Position numbers and translations under genes: made by a program | Notes under the pieces: generated by a model | Told to the model about the DNA's origin: nothing | Databases searched by the model: none | What the model saw: the letters and a program-made list of their open reading frames with translations, nothing else | Shown: positions 11,001-19,766 of the stretch, one piece after another | Numbering within the stretch: position 1 is the stretch's first letter | How the letters are laid out: each line of letters opens with the position of its first letter | NCBI GenBank assembly: GCA_965207225.1 | Contig: CBDBLV010000004.1 | Coordinates: 704,001-768,000, forward strand | Source: Dehalococcoidia bacterium | GTDB lineage: Bacteria > Chloroflexota > Dehalococcoidia > Plut-88900 | DNA length: 64,000 bases | Direction of reading: 5' to 3'

Positions 11001-12808
11001 ACAACGACGGCCCCGGGGCGCAGTTCGCCCGGACCGATAGCGAGGTTGGCGAGTCCGACGGGAGCACGACTGTGACCGTCAACCTGGTCCCGGCGCCCAC
11101 CGAGGACGTGACCATAAACTACACCCTTGGCGGCGGCACGGCTCAGAGCGGCGACTACAGCATCGAAGGCTTAACCGGCTCTTCCGGGTCGGTGACGGTC
11201 TCCGCCGGGATCAACAGCGTCGGCATCCCGGTAACCATCAACCCCGACGGCGACTCCGAGCCCGACGAGACGGTGGTGCTGACGCTGGGGAACGGCTCGG
11301 ACTACACCGTCGGGACGACTCGGACGCACACGCTGACCATCCTGGACGACGACCGGCCGCGGGCCAGCTTCGCCTCCGATGCATCCAGCATCATGGAGGC
11401 GGACACCGAGCACCCCGTGAGGGTCAACCTCGACCCTGTGCCCACAGACAACCTGACCCTGAGCTACGGCTTGGCAGGCAGTACGGCCACGCGCAACCGG
11501 GACTACCGGGCGGATGGCACGGTGCAGGTGAACGCAGGCAATGACCACGTTCACATCCCGGTGGAGATCTTCCACAACGGCGAAAGCGAGCCGGACGAGA
11601 CTGTGGTTCTGACGCTGCGGGTCGGCTCGGGAAACAACGTGGGCGAAGAAAGCGTGCATACGCTGACCATCACGGACAACAACCTGCCTATGGTCGCCTT
11701 TGAGACGGCGGAGGGCAGCGTGAGTGAGACGGGCCGCACGCACCGGGCGGTCATCACCCTGGACCCGGCGCCCCACGAGGATCTCACCATCGGCTACACC
11801 GTTGGCGGCACGTCCACGGAGGGAGTGCACGGCCAGCACGGCCCAGGCGACGACTTCACCATCCGTGATTCAGGCACGGTCACGGTCCCGCCCGGACAGA
11901 CTCAGGCCTTCGTGCCGATAACCATCCTCAACGACTCGGACGCCGAGGGAGATGAGACTCTGACGCTGACGTTGACCGGCGGCGACGGCTACGCCCTCGA
12001 TACGTCGGCGAACATCTACGAGCTGACCATCCTGGACGACGACGCGCCGGAGGTATCCTTCACGGCGGCCTCGGGCGAGCCGGGCGAGGGCGCCGGCATG
12101 CACGTGGTGCGGGTCAGGCTGGACGGGCAGACGGACAATCCGGTGACAGTGGGCGTCAGCGTCAGCTTCCCGCCCAATATCGGCTCTGACAGCCCCGCTG
12201 ACCACAGCGCCATTCCCGGCAGCGTTACGATTCCGGCGGGTATGCTTGAAACCGAGATCGAGATAACCATCACCGACGACCCTGACAACGAGGCCGACGA
12301 GGTGGTCGTCCTGACTCTGGAGCCCGGCACGGGGTACTCCCTGTCGCAGGACAAGCCCACGGAGTACACGCTGACCATCGTGGACAACGACGCGGACGAG
12401 AACACCCCGGTGGCCAGTCGCGACCATCCCCATGCCCACGGGCAGGGCTCGACACATTTTGAAGTCTACGAAGGCCATACGCGGATCCCGACGTGGTACG
12501 TGACCGGGAACTTCGCGGGGGATGTGATCTTCCAGTACGTCGGCGGAACGGCGACCCTGGACGAGGACTTCCGCTTGTTCCGCATACAGGGTCAGATCGA
12601 GAAGGTGGGCGACACCTTCACGGTCCGGTCCCTTGACTCCCCCCACGACTCCGACAGGGAAGCGGGCCTCCGTTGGGCCAGGTTCACGTTCGACCCGATA
12701 CGAGACCAGGAGCGGGAAGGCGGCGAGACGGTTATCCTCCGGGTGCTGAACGGCCCGGGCTACACCGTCGAGGAGCCCACCGAGCTCACCATCACCATCA
12801 TTGACTAG
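8006..12808 (+). CDS. Large adhesin-like protein with DUF11, FN3-like and multiple Calx-beta repeats
   Basis: Signal peptide; NNGPDAA (DUF11); repeated D.ESEPDETVVLTL...HTLTILDDD units. Confidence 0.88.
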   Translation: MAVAVALRLVTLCLFAALVAIATSAAEPAFAAPSPPASSISLDSLPKPRGTSNVWWELFVRNDPVPGHPPAAAYDVVVRITATANGQEYKQHTTVSNPSSGYIDRDRGVWVIPFIPPGGSADVIIQPAAFFPRFNQDTPVRLHAELVSHRYLASEAGSQGSIETEDWYIRAANAYLFAWPGAEVGVRVRSLNNRVPALGTQTTFDVRAINVPYNDPDPRVLIVPSKQIGKVWDVKIKIDLSPGLSLAPGWTAPTGTSFDAESGIWNVGLISGTNTGTTMSLPVLLAADNVPLEQRCLTATVVSSTPDFELDPGVLVNDFSTECLGEDPILNEGDIAVFKYVSCVGRTSYPCTSDDTLELVAKHEAAFWQPEDVIVQVRDVQGRVEAGWSTGKTARHLASVPSIPGVGVIFEVIDSGYNAYTFAISDVVPKQRPGKFTVVAGNQGNITILDADTMLSAGPYNLNEPIPALVVFGTLGTYKVKITVGATKSGTAYTDSGVYTFHVGPIAELAVRDGGRSPLAAPDQQAYTILAANNGPDAASAVVVTLTGVPQGAEAIVSGSTKRVDDEDVSGSDGRYAQGDCVDGFCEATWTIGKMSVSSGRTSIGKMPFPTLTLIAPDGASTSGIEASIESTEPYSVTIDGTVHSTAYFDYIDENNSAHIAARAGAGGPVPGTPQDLQAQFYTVPFTTALVWWTELESVNSFPVSRYEVFTERPNGGACQAPSTDQAGERLTGTTYADRRAKEGELTCYYVRAVNTHKVPGYWAGPVMATGDSPDQPRLSVQGGDPVDEGDAAQFTVSASPAPAAGDSLTFGYTVIQRGDYVADRELGQKHATIGNSGRATITVLTVGNDTDDADGEIFVTLNNGEGYTASSDRSASVEVRDNDNPEVSFADDPATATVSEGDGGYDVVVNLVPAPHAATTIRYQIGGVAEAGEDFTIGGLSNGFGSVWVGPGSSSVNIPVRLINDRESEQEDFLDIYLRAGENYDVGTPSRYTLTITDNDGPGAQFARTDSEVGESDGSTTVTVNLVPAPTEDVTINYTLGGGTAQSGDYSIEGLTGSSGSVTVSAGINSVGIPVTINPDGDSEPDETVVLTLGNGSDYTVGTTRTHTLTILDDDRPRASFASDASSIMEADTEHPVRVNLDPVPTDNLTLSYGLAGSTATRNRDYRADGTVQVNAGNDHVHIPVEIFHNGESEPDETVVLTLRVGSGNNVGEESVHTLTITDNNLPMVAFETAEGSVSETGRTHRAVITLDPAPHEDLTIGYTVGGTSTEGVHGQHGPGDDFTIRDSGTVTVPPGQTQAFVPITILNDSDAEGDETLTLTLTGGDGYALDTSANIYELTILDDDAPEVSFTAASGEPGEGAGMHVVRVRLDGQTDNPVTVGVSVSFPPNIGSDSPADHSAIPGSVTIPAGMLETEIEITITDDPDNEADEVVVLTLEPGTGYSLSQDKPTEYTLTIVDNDADENTPVASRDHPHAHGQGSTHFEVYEGHTRIPTWYVTGNFAGDVIFQYVGGTATLDEDFRLFRIQGQIEKVGDTFTVRSLDSPHDSDREAGLRWARFTFDPIRDQEREGGETVILRVLNGPGYTVEEPTELTITIID

Positions 12809-12939
12809 AAGCAACCGGCCGGCGTCCCCACGGGGGCCATGGGCTGAAGGCGGCAGTTCGGCTGCCGACCATTGGACGCCAACGCGCCGGTGCCGATGCG
12901 GACTTGGTGAAACGCAAAGAGAGCGGGATACATGCCGGT

Positions 12940-12978
12940 AGAGAGGGAGGCCATCCAATTCGGATAGCCTCCCTCTCT
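12940..12978. terminator. Hairpin between convergent genes
   Basis: AGAGAGGGAGGC...GCCTCCCTCTCT inverted repeat. Confidence 0.65.
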
Positions 12979-12983
12979 TGTAC

Positions 12984-14141
12984 CTAAGCGGTCGCCGCCC
13001 CCGGCCGCATCAACAGTGCGGAGTAGCCCGGCGCCACCACGTGATCCACGGACACCTTCCCTGCGCCGTCGTACCCAGCGCGGAAGGCGTACTCCACCTC
13101 CGCGCCCCAGGGCACGCGCCCGCCGACGCGCACCGCACCGCCCCTGGCCGTGCCGTCTCTACCGCGAGCGCCGTGCACCACCATCCCGCTGCGCTCTCCC
13201 TTCTTCCAGCCCAGCACCTTCAAGGCCACGGGCATCACCCGCTCTTCCCCCTGCCTCCGCTGGAACAGCGCTCCGTGCAGCTTCTTGAGTACCGTAGCCG
13301 ACGGGTTGCGCTGGCCGTTCATGATCTGGGAGAGGTGGCCGGAGCTGATGCCCGCCCTACGCGCCACCTCGTTCTGGCTGACGTTCAACTCGTCCATCCG
13401 CTCCCAGATGAACTGCCGGTCTACGTCGGGGCACTGGGCGGACTCGACCTTCGCACGTCCCTCAAGCACGGCCTCGACCCTGGCCTGGAGCTTCACCCCC
13501 ATGCTACGGTGCCCTCTGGACACCTGGCTGAGGTACCCGGCGGACACTCCCACCTTCTCGGCCAGCTCCCTCATGGTTAGTCCGAGGGCGCGGGCGGTCT
13601 CCCTGATGAAGCTGCTGGCCTCACTCTCGATCACGTCACCCTGGCGGTTGGCGCACTGTGCGGGGGCGACCCTGGCCGGAGCGTTCAGGACCGACTCGAT
13701 GCTGGCCTGCACCTTGGGTCCCATGTTCCGGCGTCCCCTTGCCACCTGCGTCAAGTACGAGTAGCTCACGCCCGACCGGTCGGACAGTTCCAGCATGGTG
13801 ATTCCTATCTCGCGTGCGCGCTCCCGGATGAAGGTACTTTCTGCATCTACCTCGCGGGTCTGTCGGTAGACGATCCCCTGCCCAGGGACCTCTCCCAGCA
13901 CGGCCATCGCCTTCTCCCGCAGGTTGGGGGTCCAGGGCTTCTTGCCTGTGCCGACCTGGGACAGGTGGCTTGCGCTGACGCCCATCAGGGCCGCAAGCTC
14001 CTTCAAGGTGAGGCCGCGCTTCCTGGCGGCGGCCCTGAGCTCGCTCTCGGGCCTGCCCCTGCGCTCGGCGGTCTCCGCCGCATCCGTCGTGGTTTCCGTG
14101 TCCTTGGTCCGATTGGTCGTCGTGGTGGTTGCCGTCGTCAT
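12984..14141 (-). CDS. Regulator with four tandem XRE helix-turn-helix domains and a beta-rich C-terminal domain
   Basis: Four GLT..ELA...GVS..HLSQ-type repeats; AAAGGAG RBS. Confidence 0.88.
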   Translation of the reverse strand: MTTATTTTTNRTKDTETTTDAAETAERRGRPESELRAAARKRGLTLKELAALMGVSASHLSQVGTGKKPWTPNLREKAMAVLGEVPGQGIVYRQTREVDAESTFIRERAREIGITMLELSDRSGVSYSYLTQVARGRRNMGPKVQASIESVLNAPARVAPAQCANRQGDVIESEASSFIRETARALGLTMRELAEKVGVSAGYLSQVSRGHRSMGVKLQARVEAVLEGRAKVESAQCPDVDRQFIWERMDELNVSQNEVARRAGISSGHLSQIMNGQRNPSATVLKKLHGALFQRRQGEERVMPVALKVLGWKKGERSGMVVHGARGRDGTARGGAVRVGGRVPWGAEVEYAFRAGYDGAGKVSVDHVVAPGYSALLMRPGAATA

Positions 14142-14157
14142 GTCGCTTCTCCTTTCA

Positions 14158-14245
14158 ATGAAGAAGCGGGACGGCCTACCACCCCCGTGGGGTGGAGACA
14201 GTCCCGCTCGAATTGGTTGTCCCGAATGCCGGGACTGTCTCCGTG
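14158..14245 (-). promoter_or_regulatory. Structured leader (attenuator-like), copy 1
   Basis: Mutually exclusive stems GAGACAGUCCCG/CGGGACUGUCUC and GCGGGAC/GUCCCGC-UUCUUC; conserved at 41793-41866. Confidence 0.6.
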
Positions 14246-14313
14246 GGTTTTGTGTTGTCGTTGTGGCCGATGGCCGGCTGCGGCGTCCTCCGTGTCGCTG
14301 TACTGGGCAGGCT

Positions 14314-14367
14314 CTACGTGGGGAAGCCGTGTGCGGGCAATGTCAGTGCCCGTCGTGCGTTGGGCAT
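14314..14367 (-). CDS. Putative 17-aa leader peptide MPNARRALTLPAHGFPT
   Basis: AGGAGG-N4-ATG; stop codon about 70 nt before the structured leader. Confidence 0.35.
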   Translation of the reverse strand: MPNARRALTLPAHGFPT

Positions 14368-14600
14368 AGTTCCTCCTGGGTGGGTGAGTGGATGGGTGGT
14401 GCGGGACTGGGTCCCGCAAGCAAGGGGCGGAGCGGTCAGGCTCCGGCGTGGCAAACGATGTGGAGAGTCGGAACGAGGGGAGCGCTAGCTAGCGGCGCAC
14501 TCGGCCCAAGCAAGCAGGTGTAAGAAGGCAGCGCGTCCTCGCCCGGGTTGCAAGAACAACCGCGCCGCCGATGCGACCGAGGAGGGTGCGGAGAGCCGGG

Positions 14601-15104
14601 TCAAGGGCAAGCCTTCGCTAGAGCCTGCCTCGTACTCGATACGAGAGGCTGGAGGCCCCGGAGGCTGCGCTCCGAGACCAACTTGCCGGGCCGCCAGCGC
14701 ATCCCCAGGACCGCAGCCACCTCCAGCGTCCCGTCGCCGTGGGGAACCAGCGCCGAGACCCTGCCCGTGCCCTGGCTGTAGAGCACGGCGTTCTGGTCCC
14801 CGAACCGCCGCTTCACCAATGCCTTCCACTCGGAGAAGGCCCAGCGAGCCTCCCTCGGCGTGGCCTGCGCCACGTTCGCACTGCCCAGCGCCGCCAGCGC
14901 CCCGTCCACGTCCCCCGCCTGCCTGAGCCGCCGAGCCTCGTGGATGGAGCGGGTTGCGCTCCGCTCAACCGGGTGAGTCTCCGTCTCCCCCGTGAATCCC
15001 ATCGCCGCGAACACCCGGTCCACCAGTTCCTCCAAGCTGCGCCGGGGCCGCATCGTCTCCGTGTCCATCGTCTGTCCGTGAGTCGCCAATGTCGCCGTCG
15101 TCAT
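14601..15104 (-). CDS. Conserved ICE hypothetical protein
   Basis: AGGAGG RBS; truncated paralogue at 41529-41726. Confidence 0.75.
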   Translation of the reverse strand: MTTATLATHGQTMDTETMRPRRSLEELVDRVFAAMGFTGETETHPVERSATRSIHEARRLRQAGDVDGALAALGSANVAQATPREARWAFSEWKALVKRRFGDQNAVLYSQGTGRVSALVPHGDGTLEVAAVLGMRWRPGKLVSERSLRGLQPLVSSTRQALAKACP

Positions 15105-15232
15105 CGTGCACCTCCTACGTGCCTGTGTGTTGCCTTGAATCCGTTACGCCCGCTTTCGGGCAAAGAAGTAGGGGCCGCCCTCGGAGAGAGCGACCCCTGC
15201 GTGTTGTGATGGGTTGTGAGAGCCCGAAGCCG

Positions 15233-15748
15233 TCAGCGTCTGAGTCTGCGGACCGTGCGCCGGGGCATGAACCGCCTGAGCAGCAGCCAGCCGATGCCCA
15301 GACCGAACAGGTTCAGGAAGAACAGCTCCAGGTCGAGGGTGAGCAGCGGCGCGGCGACGACCAGGGCGACGACCCCGGCCACCACGACCTTCTTCCGCTT
15401 CCACCAGGGTTTCTTGGCCTCAGCCCCAACCGCCGCGTCCCTGACCGGCTCGTAGGCCGTCCAGATCGGCAGACCGGTGAGGGCCTCAAGCTCGGTGACT
15501 ATCACGCCGCGACCGCAGCCCCGTGTGTGGCACCGTACGTCGATGCCGTTGCCGTCGGGTCGCTGCCGAAACGCCAGCCCGTCGGACTTCCCGCCGTGGC
15601 ACACCGCCGTGCTGGTCCAGAACCAGCCTCTGTCGAAGCTGACGCGATGCGCCAGCAGGTCTGCGATCCGCGCCGCGCTGGGTCCGGTGTACCGTTCCGC
15701 CATGCTCGTACCTCCTTCTCCGTTGTCCTGTGTCCTTGATTCGTCCAT
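15233..15748 (-). CDS. Hypothetical protein: Zn-binding-like N-terminus (CHGG...CHTRGC) plus two TM helices
   Basis: AAGGAGG RBSs before ATG 15748 and ATG 15703; Cys/His pattern resembling primase zinc-binding domains. Confidence 0.7.
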   Translation of the reverse strand: MDESRTQDNGEGGTSMAERYTGPSAARIADLLAHRVSFDRGWFWTSTAVCHGGKSDGLAFRQRPDGNGIDVRCHTRGCGRGVIVTELEALTGLPIWTAYEPVRDAAVGAEAKKPWWKRKKVVVAGVVALVVAAPLLTLDLELFFLNLFGLGIGWLLLRRFMPRRTVRRLRR

Positions 15749-16415
15749 GTGCGTTACCTCCTTCTGTGTTGTGTGCCGTTGACTCCGTTCCTAAGACGCA
15801 CCCGGACCGCCAGCGATGCAAACGCATGGGAGACCGGGGTGAAAGAAGACGCAGCTCGCCCAAGGTGAAGTCGGTCAGTGGGGAAGAGTTGCGAGACGTG
15901 AAGCGGCCAGCCTGCTCGGAGCGGCAGACCGGCGCGTGTCGTAGCTGCGGTGTAGCCGCGTGCCAGCCATCCCGCAGACGTGTCGAACTGGCCGAGGCGA
16001 CAGGCGCACTTCGACCAGTTTGCCGGGGACGAGGCGCTCATGCGCACCCGTCCTCCTTGGCCCAACGGATGAGGCGATCAACCCCAGCCGTCAGACCTAT
16101 GCCCAGCGGGTGAGGGATCAACGTCAAACTTCAACCGCCGGACTGAGCCGGGGACGGAGGCCCTTGCGTCAACTCCGTCGAATCGGCCCGCGCTGGTTGC
16201 GAAGGACCAACGTCAAACTCCGCATTGCCAGCATTCCCTCTTGGGCGAAGCCCGTGCAACAGGGATCACGCACCCAGGTTTCTATGGTCGGAAACCTTGG
16301 AGAAAGCCAAACAGTGGGGTCATTATCGCAGGTCTCCGACGCCGAAAAGACCCCACGCATGCCCCCACCCTGAGAATTGCTCTGGGGTTCACTCCCGCAT
16401 CGGCAACGCCGGGCG

Positions 16416-17261
16416 CTACTGCGAGGGCCGCCGCCACCTCAGAGTGAGCGCCCGCCACACCTTGGTCACGACCTCGCGCCTGGCCCGCGCTCTCCGCGTG
16501 TCGAAGAGGGCCTTCCTGCGCCAGCTGACCTGGCCGCTGCGGTCGAGGCCGTGCAGGGGCTGCTTCTCCGGAGGCAGCGTCATCCCGTGCTCCTCCAGCA
16601 ATGCAAGCTCCATCTCCAGCAGCCGCTCCCGCTCCATAAGCCAATCAAAGCCCTTCCCCTCGTTGGGGTGAGACTCCTTCAATTCCCGCCACAGGGCGAT
16701 CAGGGACCAGGCGTCTCCGAAGACCTCCTCGTCGTCATCGGCAGGCTCAAGGGTCACCAGATCGGGGTACTCGCGCCGCATCGACGACTTTGACGCAGGA
16801 CTTCCTTCGCTCACTGACCCTGCATCATCGCCTTCCTGGGAGGGACCGGCGCCGGCGTGACCGGCCCCGGTCGTCTTCGGACTCACTGTGCCCTCCTTTG
16901 CCAGAGCCTCCACCGCGCCCTCCACCCTGGACAGCCGCCTGCGCGCCTCCTTGCCCAGCGACTCCATCCCGCTCTCCAACTCCCCCAGGCGCTCCTCCAG
17001 GGCGTCGTTGCGCTCTCGCTGACGGGCCGCCGCAGAACCCACGCCCTCCTGCAAGGCCCGCTCCAGGGACTCCCGCATCCGCCGCGACAGCCTCCCCGTC
17101 CTGGCGCTCTCGGCCACCGTGCGCTGGTCGATCTCCAACACCCGCGCCGCGCCCTTGTATCCCCGCTCCCACACCAGCTCTTGCAGCAACGTCATGAGCC
17201 GCATGTGGTACATGTTCTCGATGTCTCTGCTGTCCTCGATGCCGTGTTCGGTCGTCTTCAT
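16416..17261 (-). CDS. HTH plus coiled-coil conserved ICE protein
   Basis: AARVLEIDQRTVAES HTH; full paralogue at 39966-40799. Confidence 0.85.
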   Translation of the reverse strand: MKTTEHGIEDSRDIENMYHMRLMTLLQELVWERGYKGAARVLEIDQRTVAESARTGRLSRRMRESLERALQEGVGSAAARQRERNDALEERLGELESGMESLGKEARRRLSRVEGAVEALAKEGTVSPKTTGAGHAGAGPSQEGDDAGSVSEGSPASKSSMRREYPDLVTLEPADDDEEVFGDAWSLIALWRELKESHPNEGKGFDWLMERERLLEMELALLEEHGMTLPPEKQPLHGLDRSGQVSWRRKALFDTRRARARREVVTKVWRALTLRWRRPSQ

Positions 17262-17346
17262 GGCAATTTCCTCCTTCTCCGAAGACTCGTTCCAGCTATG
17301 AATTCCACCAAGTCCGTGATTCGCACGATCTCTCGCCTCGCGTAAC

Positions 17347-17572
17347 GCACCCCCACCTCAAGCGGACTTTTCGGCCGTTTTTGTCATCGGGCCGTCGATT
17401 TTGGCCGCGTCATGCACCCCCACTTCAAGCCTCTTTTTGTCATTGGAGACCGGACTCCGCCCTTTCATCAGATTGCTCACCGTTCACCTCCTGTAGAGGG
17501 GGTTTTGCCCCTGATTTAGCTACGAAATCACGACTTTGACCACTCAGTCACAAAAGTCCATTTCCTGTACAC
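17347..17572 (-). promoter_or_regulatory. Conserved cis-element with direct repeats (oriT candidate)
   Basis: GTGTACAG-N35-GATTTCGTAGCT (minus strand, 17572-17518); GCACCCCCACYTCAAGC at 17347 and 17414. Confidence 0.5.
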
Positions 17573-17719
17573 CCCCAATACTGCACGAAACGGGCCTCAG
17601 ATAAGAGGGCATGGATGGTGCCACCATGCGTGGGGTCTTTTTCGGCGTTTGATTTGTTCACACTCTCTGTCGAGGGCTGCGATCCGGCGAATCGCGGCAA
17701 ACCACGAGAGGTGAACATC

Positions 17720-18325
17720 TTGGCGCAGAAATCGAAGCTCCGGTCAAATGGCCGGCTCATTCCGCTGGCGATTGCGTTGCTGCTGGCGGCGCTGGTCGCC
17801 GTCCCCACCAGCAACCTCGCCCTGGCCCAATCGCCGCCCGCTGGCGACATCACCCTGGTCAACACCGACAGAGAATTCGTCGAGCGCAAGAAGGGCGGCG
17901 AGTTCGTCGCACGGCCCCTCTTCGACCGCAAGCTCCAAGACCTCTTCTACGCCGTTCGCGACGCCGACACCGGCGACTGGATATCCGCCATGTACCGGGT
18001 CAGGGGCGGCGAGAAGAAGCGCTCAGACGGCTGAGAGTACTCCTGGGAGTATCCCAGGCTGGACGAGCAGCCCGACCTCGACCCCGACAGGGCCTACCTG
18101 CTGGTCATGCTGGCTCACGCCGAGGACGGCAAGCAGGGAGACTTCTACGCCGTCGTCCCCATCCACGAGCCGGGACGCATCTGGGACAAGATTCTGAGCG
18201 CCCTCAACCCCTCCCGTTGGGCCAGGGCCGCAGCCGGGTGGGTGATCGAGGGAGTCCACGGGACGCTGTGCGGCGTGGTGGAGCGGGCCTCGGGCGAGGA
18301 CGCCGACAACTGTGAGGGGAGTTAG
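17720..18325 (+). pseudogene. Secreted protein heading the transfer operon, with an in-frame TGA at 18032
   Basis: Signal peptide; ORFs 17615-18034 and 18107-18325 share a frame, separated by a single stop. Confidence 0.7.
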
Positions 18326-18328
18326 CTC

Positions 18329-19298
18329 ATGAGCGACATCCTCACCGGGACTCCTCCCGACCTCACCTACGCCCACGACCTTGTCCAGCAGGCGTGGATG
18401 GTCGTCTGGGCCGTCACGTCCGGCGCCCTAATCGTGATCCTGGGCTGGATGGGCCTCTCGCTCATCGTGTCCGAGCACCTCGGAAGGTCTCAGACAGGTT
18501 GGCGGGAGATGGTCCCCAGGCTCGTCCTCGGCCTCGTTGCAGCGGCGTCGTCCCTGTGGTGGTGCGCCCTGGTCATCGACGTTGCCGACGCCGTGTCCGG
18601 CTTCGTCGCGGTATCACTGAACGTCACCGCTCCGTTCAACCCTCAAGACTCTGCTCACCGCAGTTCAGGCGGGGAGCGTGGGCATGGCGTTGCTGCTGGC
18701 CCTTCTCTACCTGGTCTACGGTTTCTTCGTCCTCTACGTCATCGTGCAGATGATCCTGCGCCTTGCGTTGATCGACATCCTGCTGGCGTTGGCCCCCATA
18801 GCCCTGGGGCTGTGGATTCTGCCGCACACGGCGGGCTGGGGGCGGCACTGGCTCAGGCTCTTCATGACGACCACCTTCCAGCAGGCGATCCAGCTCATCG
18901 CCCTGGCGTTGGGATTCGGGTTCCTGAACGAGGTCGCCGCCATCGCTGCCTTCGAGCCGGTGCAGGACCTGGTGTGGAAGCTGTTGATGTCGTTGGCCTT
19001 CGTCTACATGGCGACCAGGGTGCCGTCCCTTCTTGGCAACGCCGGCACCTTCGACGCCTGGCTGTCCACCCTCTACTTCGGGATGAACCTGCCCGCCTCG
19101 ATGGTGCGGTCGGCCCGGACCATCGGGCTTTTGGCCGGAGGAGCGGCGGGAGGCCCGGGCGGCGTTGCGGTGGGCGCGGTTGCCGCCAGCGCGGGGCTGT
19201 CGGCGGCGGCTGGCGGCCTCAGCTCGGCGGCTTCCATGGCCACCCCGTCGGGCGGCGGTGACGCGGGCAGCGAGGCCCCCAGGAGCGCCGGCGAGTGA
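18329..19298 (+). pseudogene. VirB6/TrbL-like membrane protein, frameshifted near 18630
   Basis: Hydrophobic halves in two frames; LLALAPIALGLWILPHT..W..W motif; Gly/Ala-rich tail. Confidence 0.8.
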
Positions 19299-19453
19299 TC
19301 TCAAGGACAACGACGACGAAATCACAGAGGAGCGGCCCAATCCGTGCCGACCGAACCCGCAACGGAGGCAGAGCGATGTGCATGTGACGGAGCTGACGGA
19401 CACCGACCGAGAGAGACGAGCGGAAGGCTCGAAGAACGAGAGGAGAAAAACAG

Positions 19454-19735
19454 ATGGAAAACCTGACACAGACCATATCGAACCTGGTGGGCATCCTGCT
19501 GGGAATCGTGGGCGTCGTGGGCGTGGGCTTCTTCATCTACGGGGCCTACCTGTACCTGACGGCATCGGGAGCGCCCCACCAGATGGAGCGCGGCAAGAGC
19601 GCCATGATGACCGCCCTGGCGGGCATCGTACTGGCGATGGTGGCCTACGGGGTCGTCGAGCTGGTGATGGACGCGGTCGTCGGCTCCCCGGTGGAGATAG
19701 ATGTGCCCGATCCCGACGCCGAAGCAGATGAATAG
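19454..19735 (+). CDS. TrbC/VirB2-like pilin
   Basis: Two TM segments around GAYLYLTASG..QMERGK. Confidence 0.85.
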   Translation: MENLTQTISNLVGILLGIVGVVGVGFFIYGAYLYLTASGAPHQMERGKSAMMTALAGIVLAMVAYGVVELVMDAVVGSPVEIDVPDPDAEADE

Positions 19736-19766
19736 GAGCACGTGAGGAAGGAAAGGGGGGAAAAGA

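Noticed and set aside
9410-12958. Long antisense ORFs over the Calx-beta gene
   Set aside because: Antisense shadows of a well-supported gene
18032-18034. Selenocysteine or stop-codon reassignment
   Set aside because: TGA ends many intact genes here, no SECIS recognised, and the other internal stops are TAA or TAG
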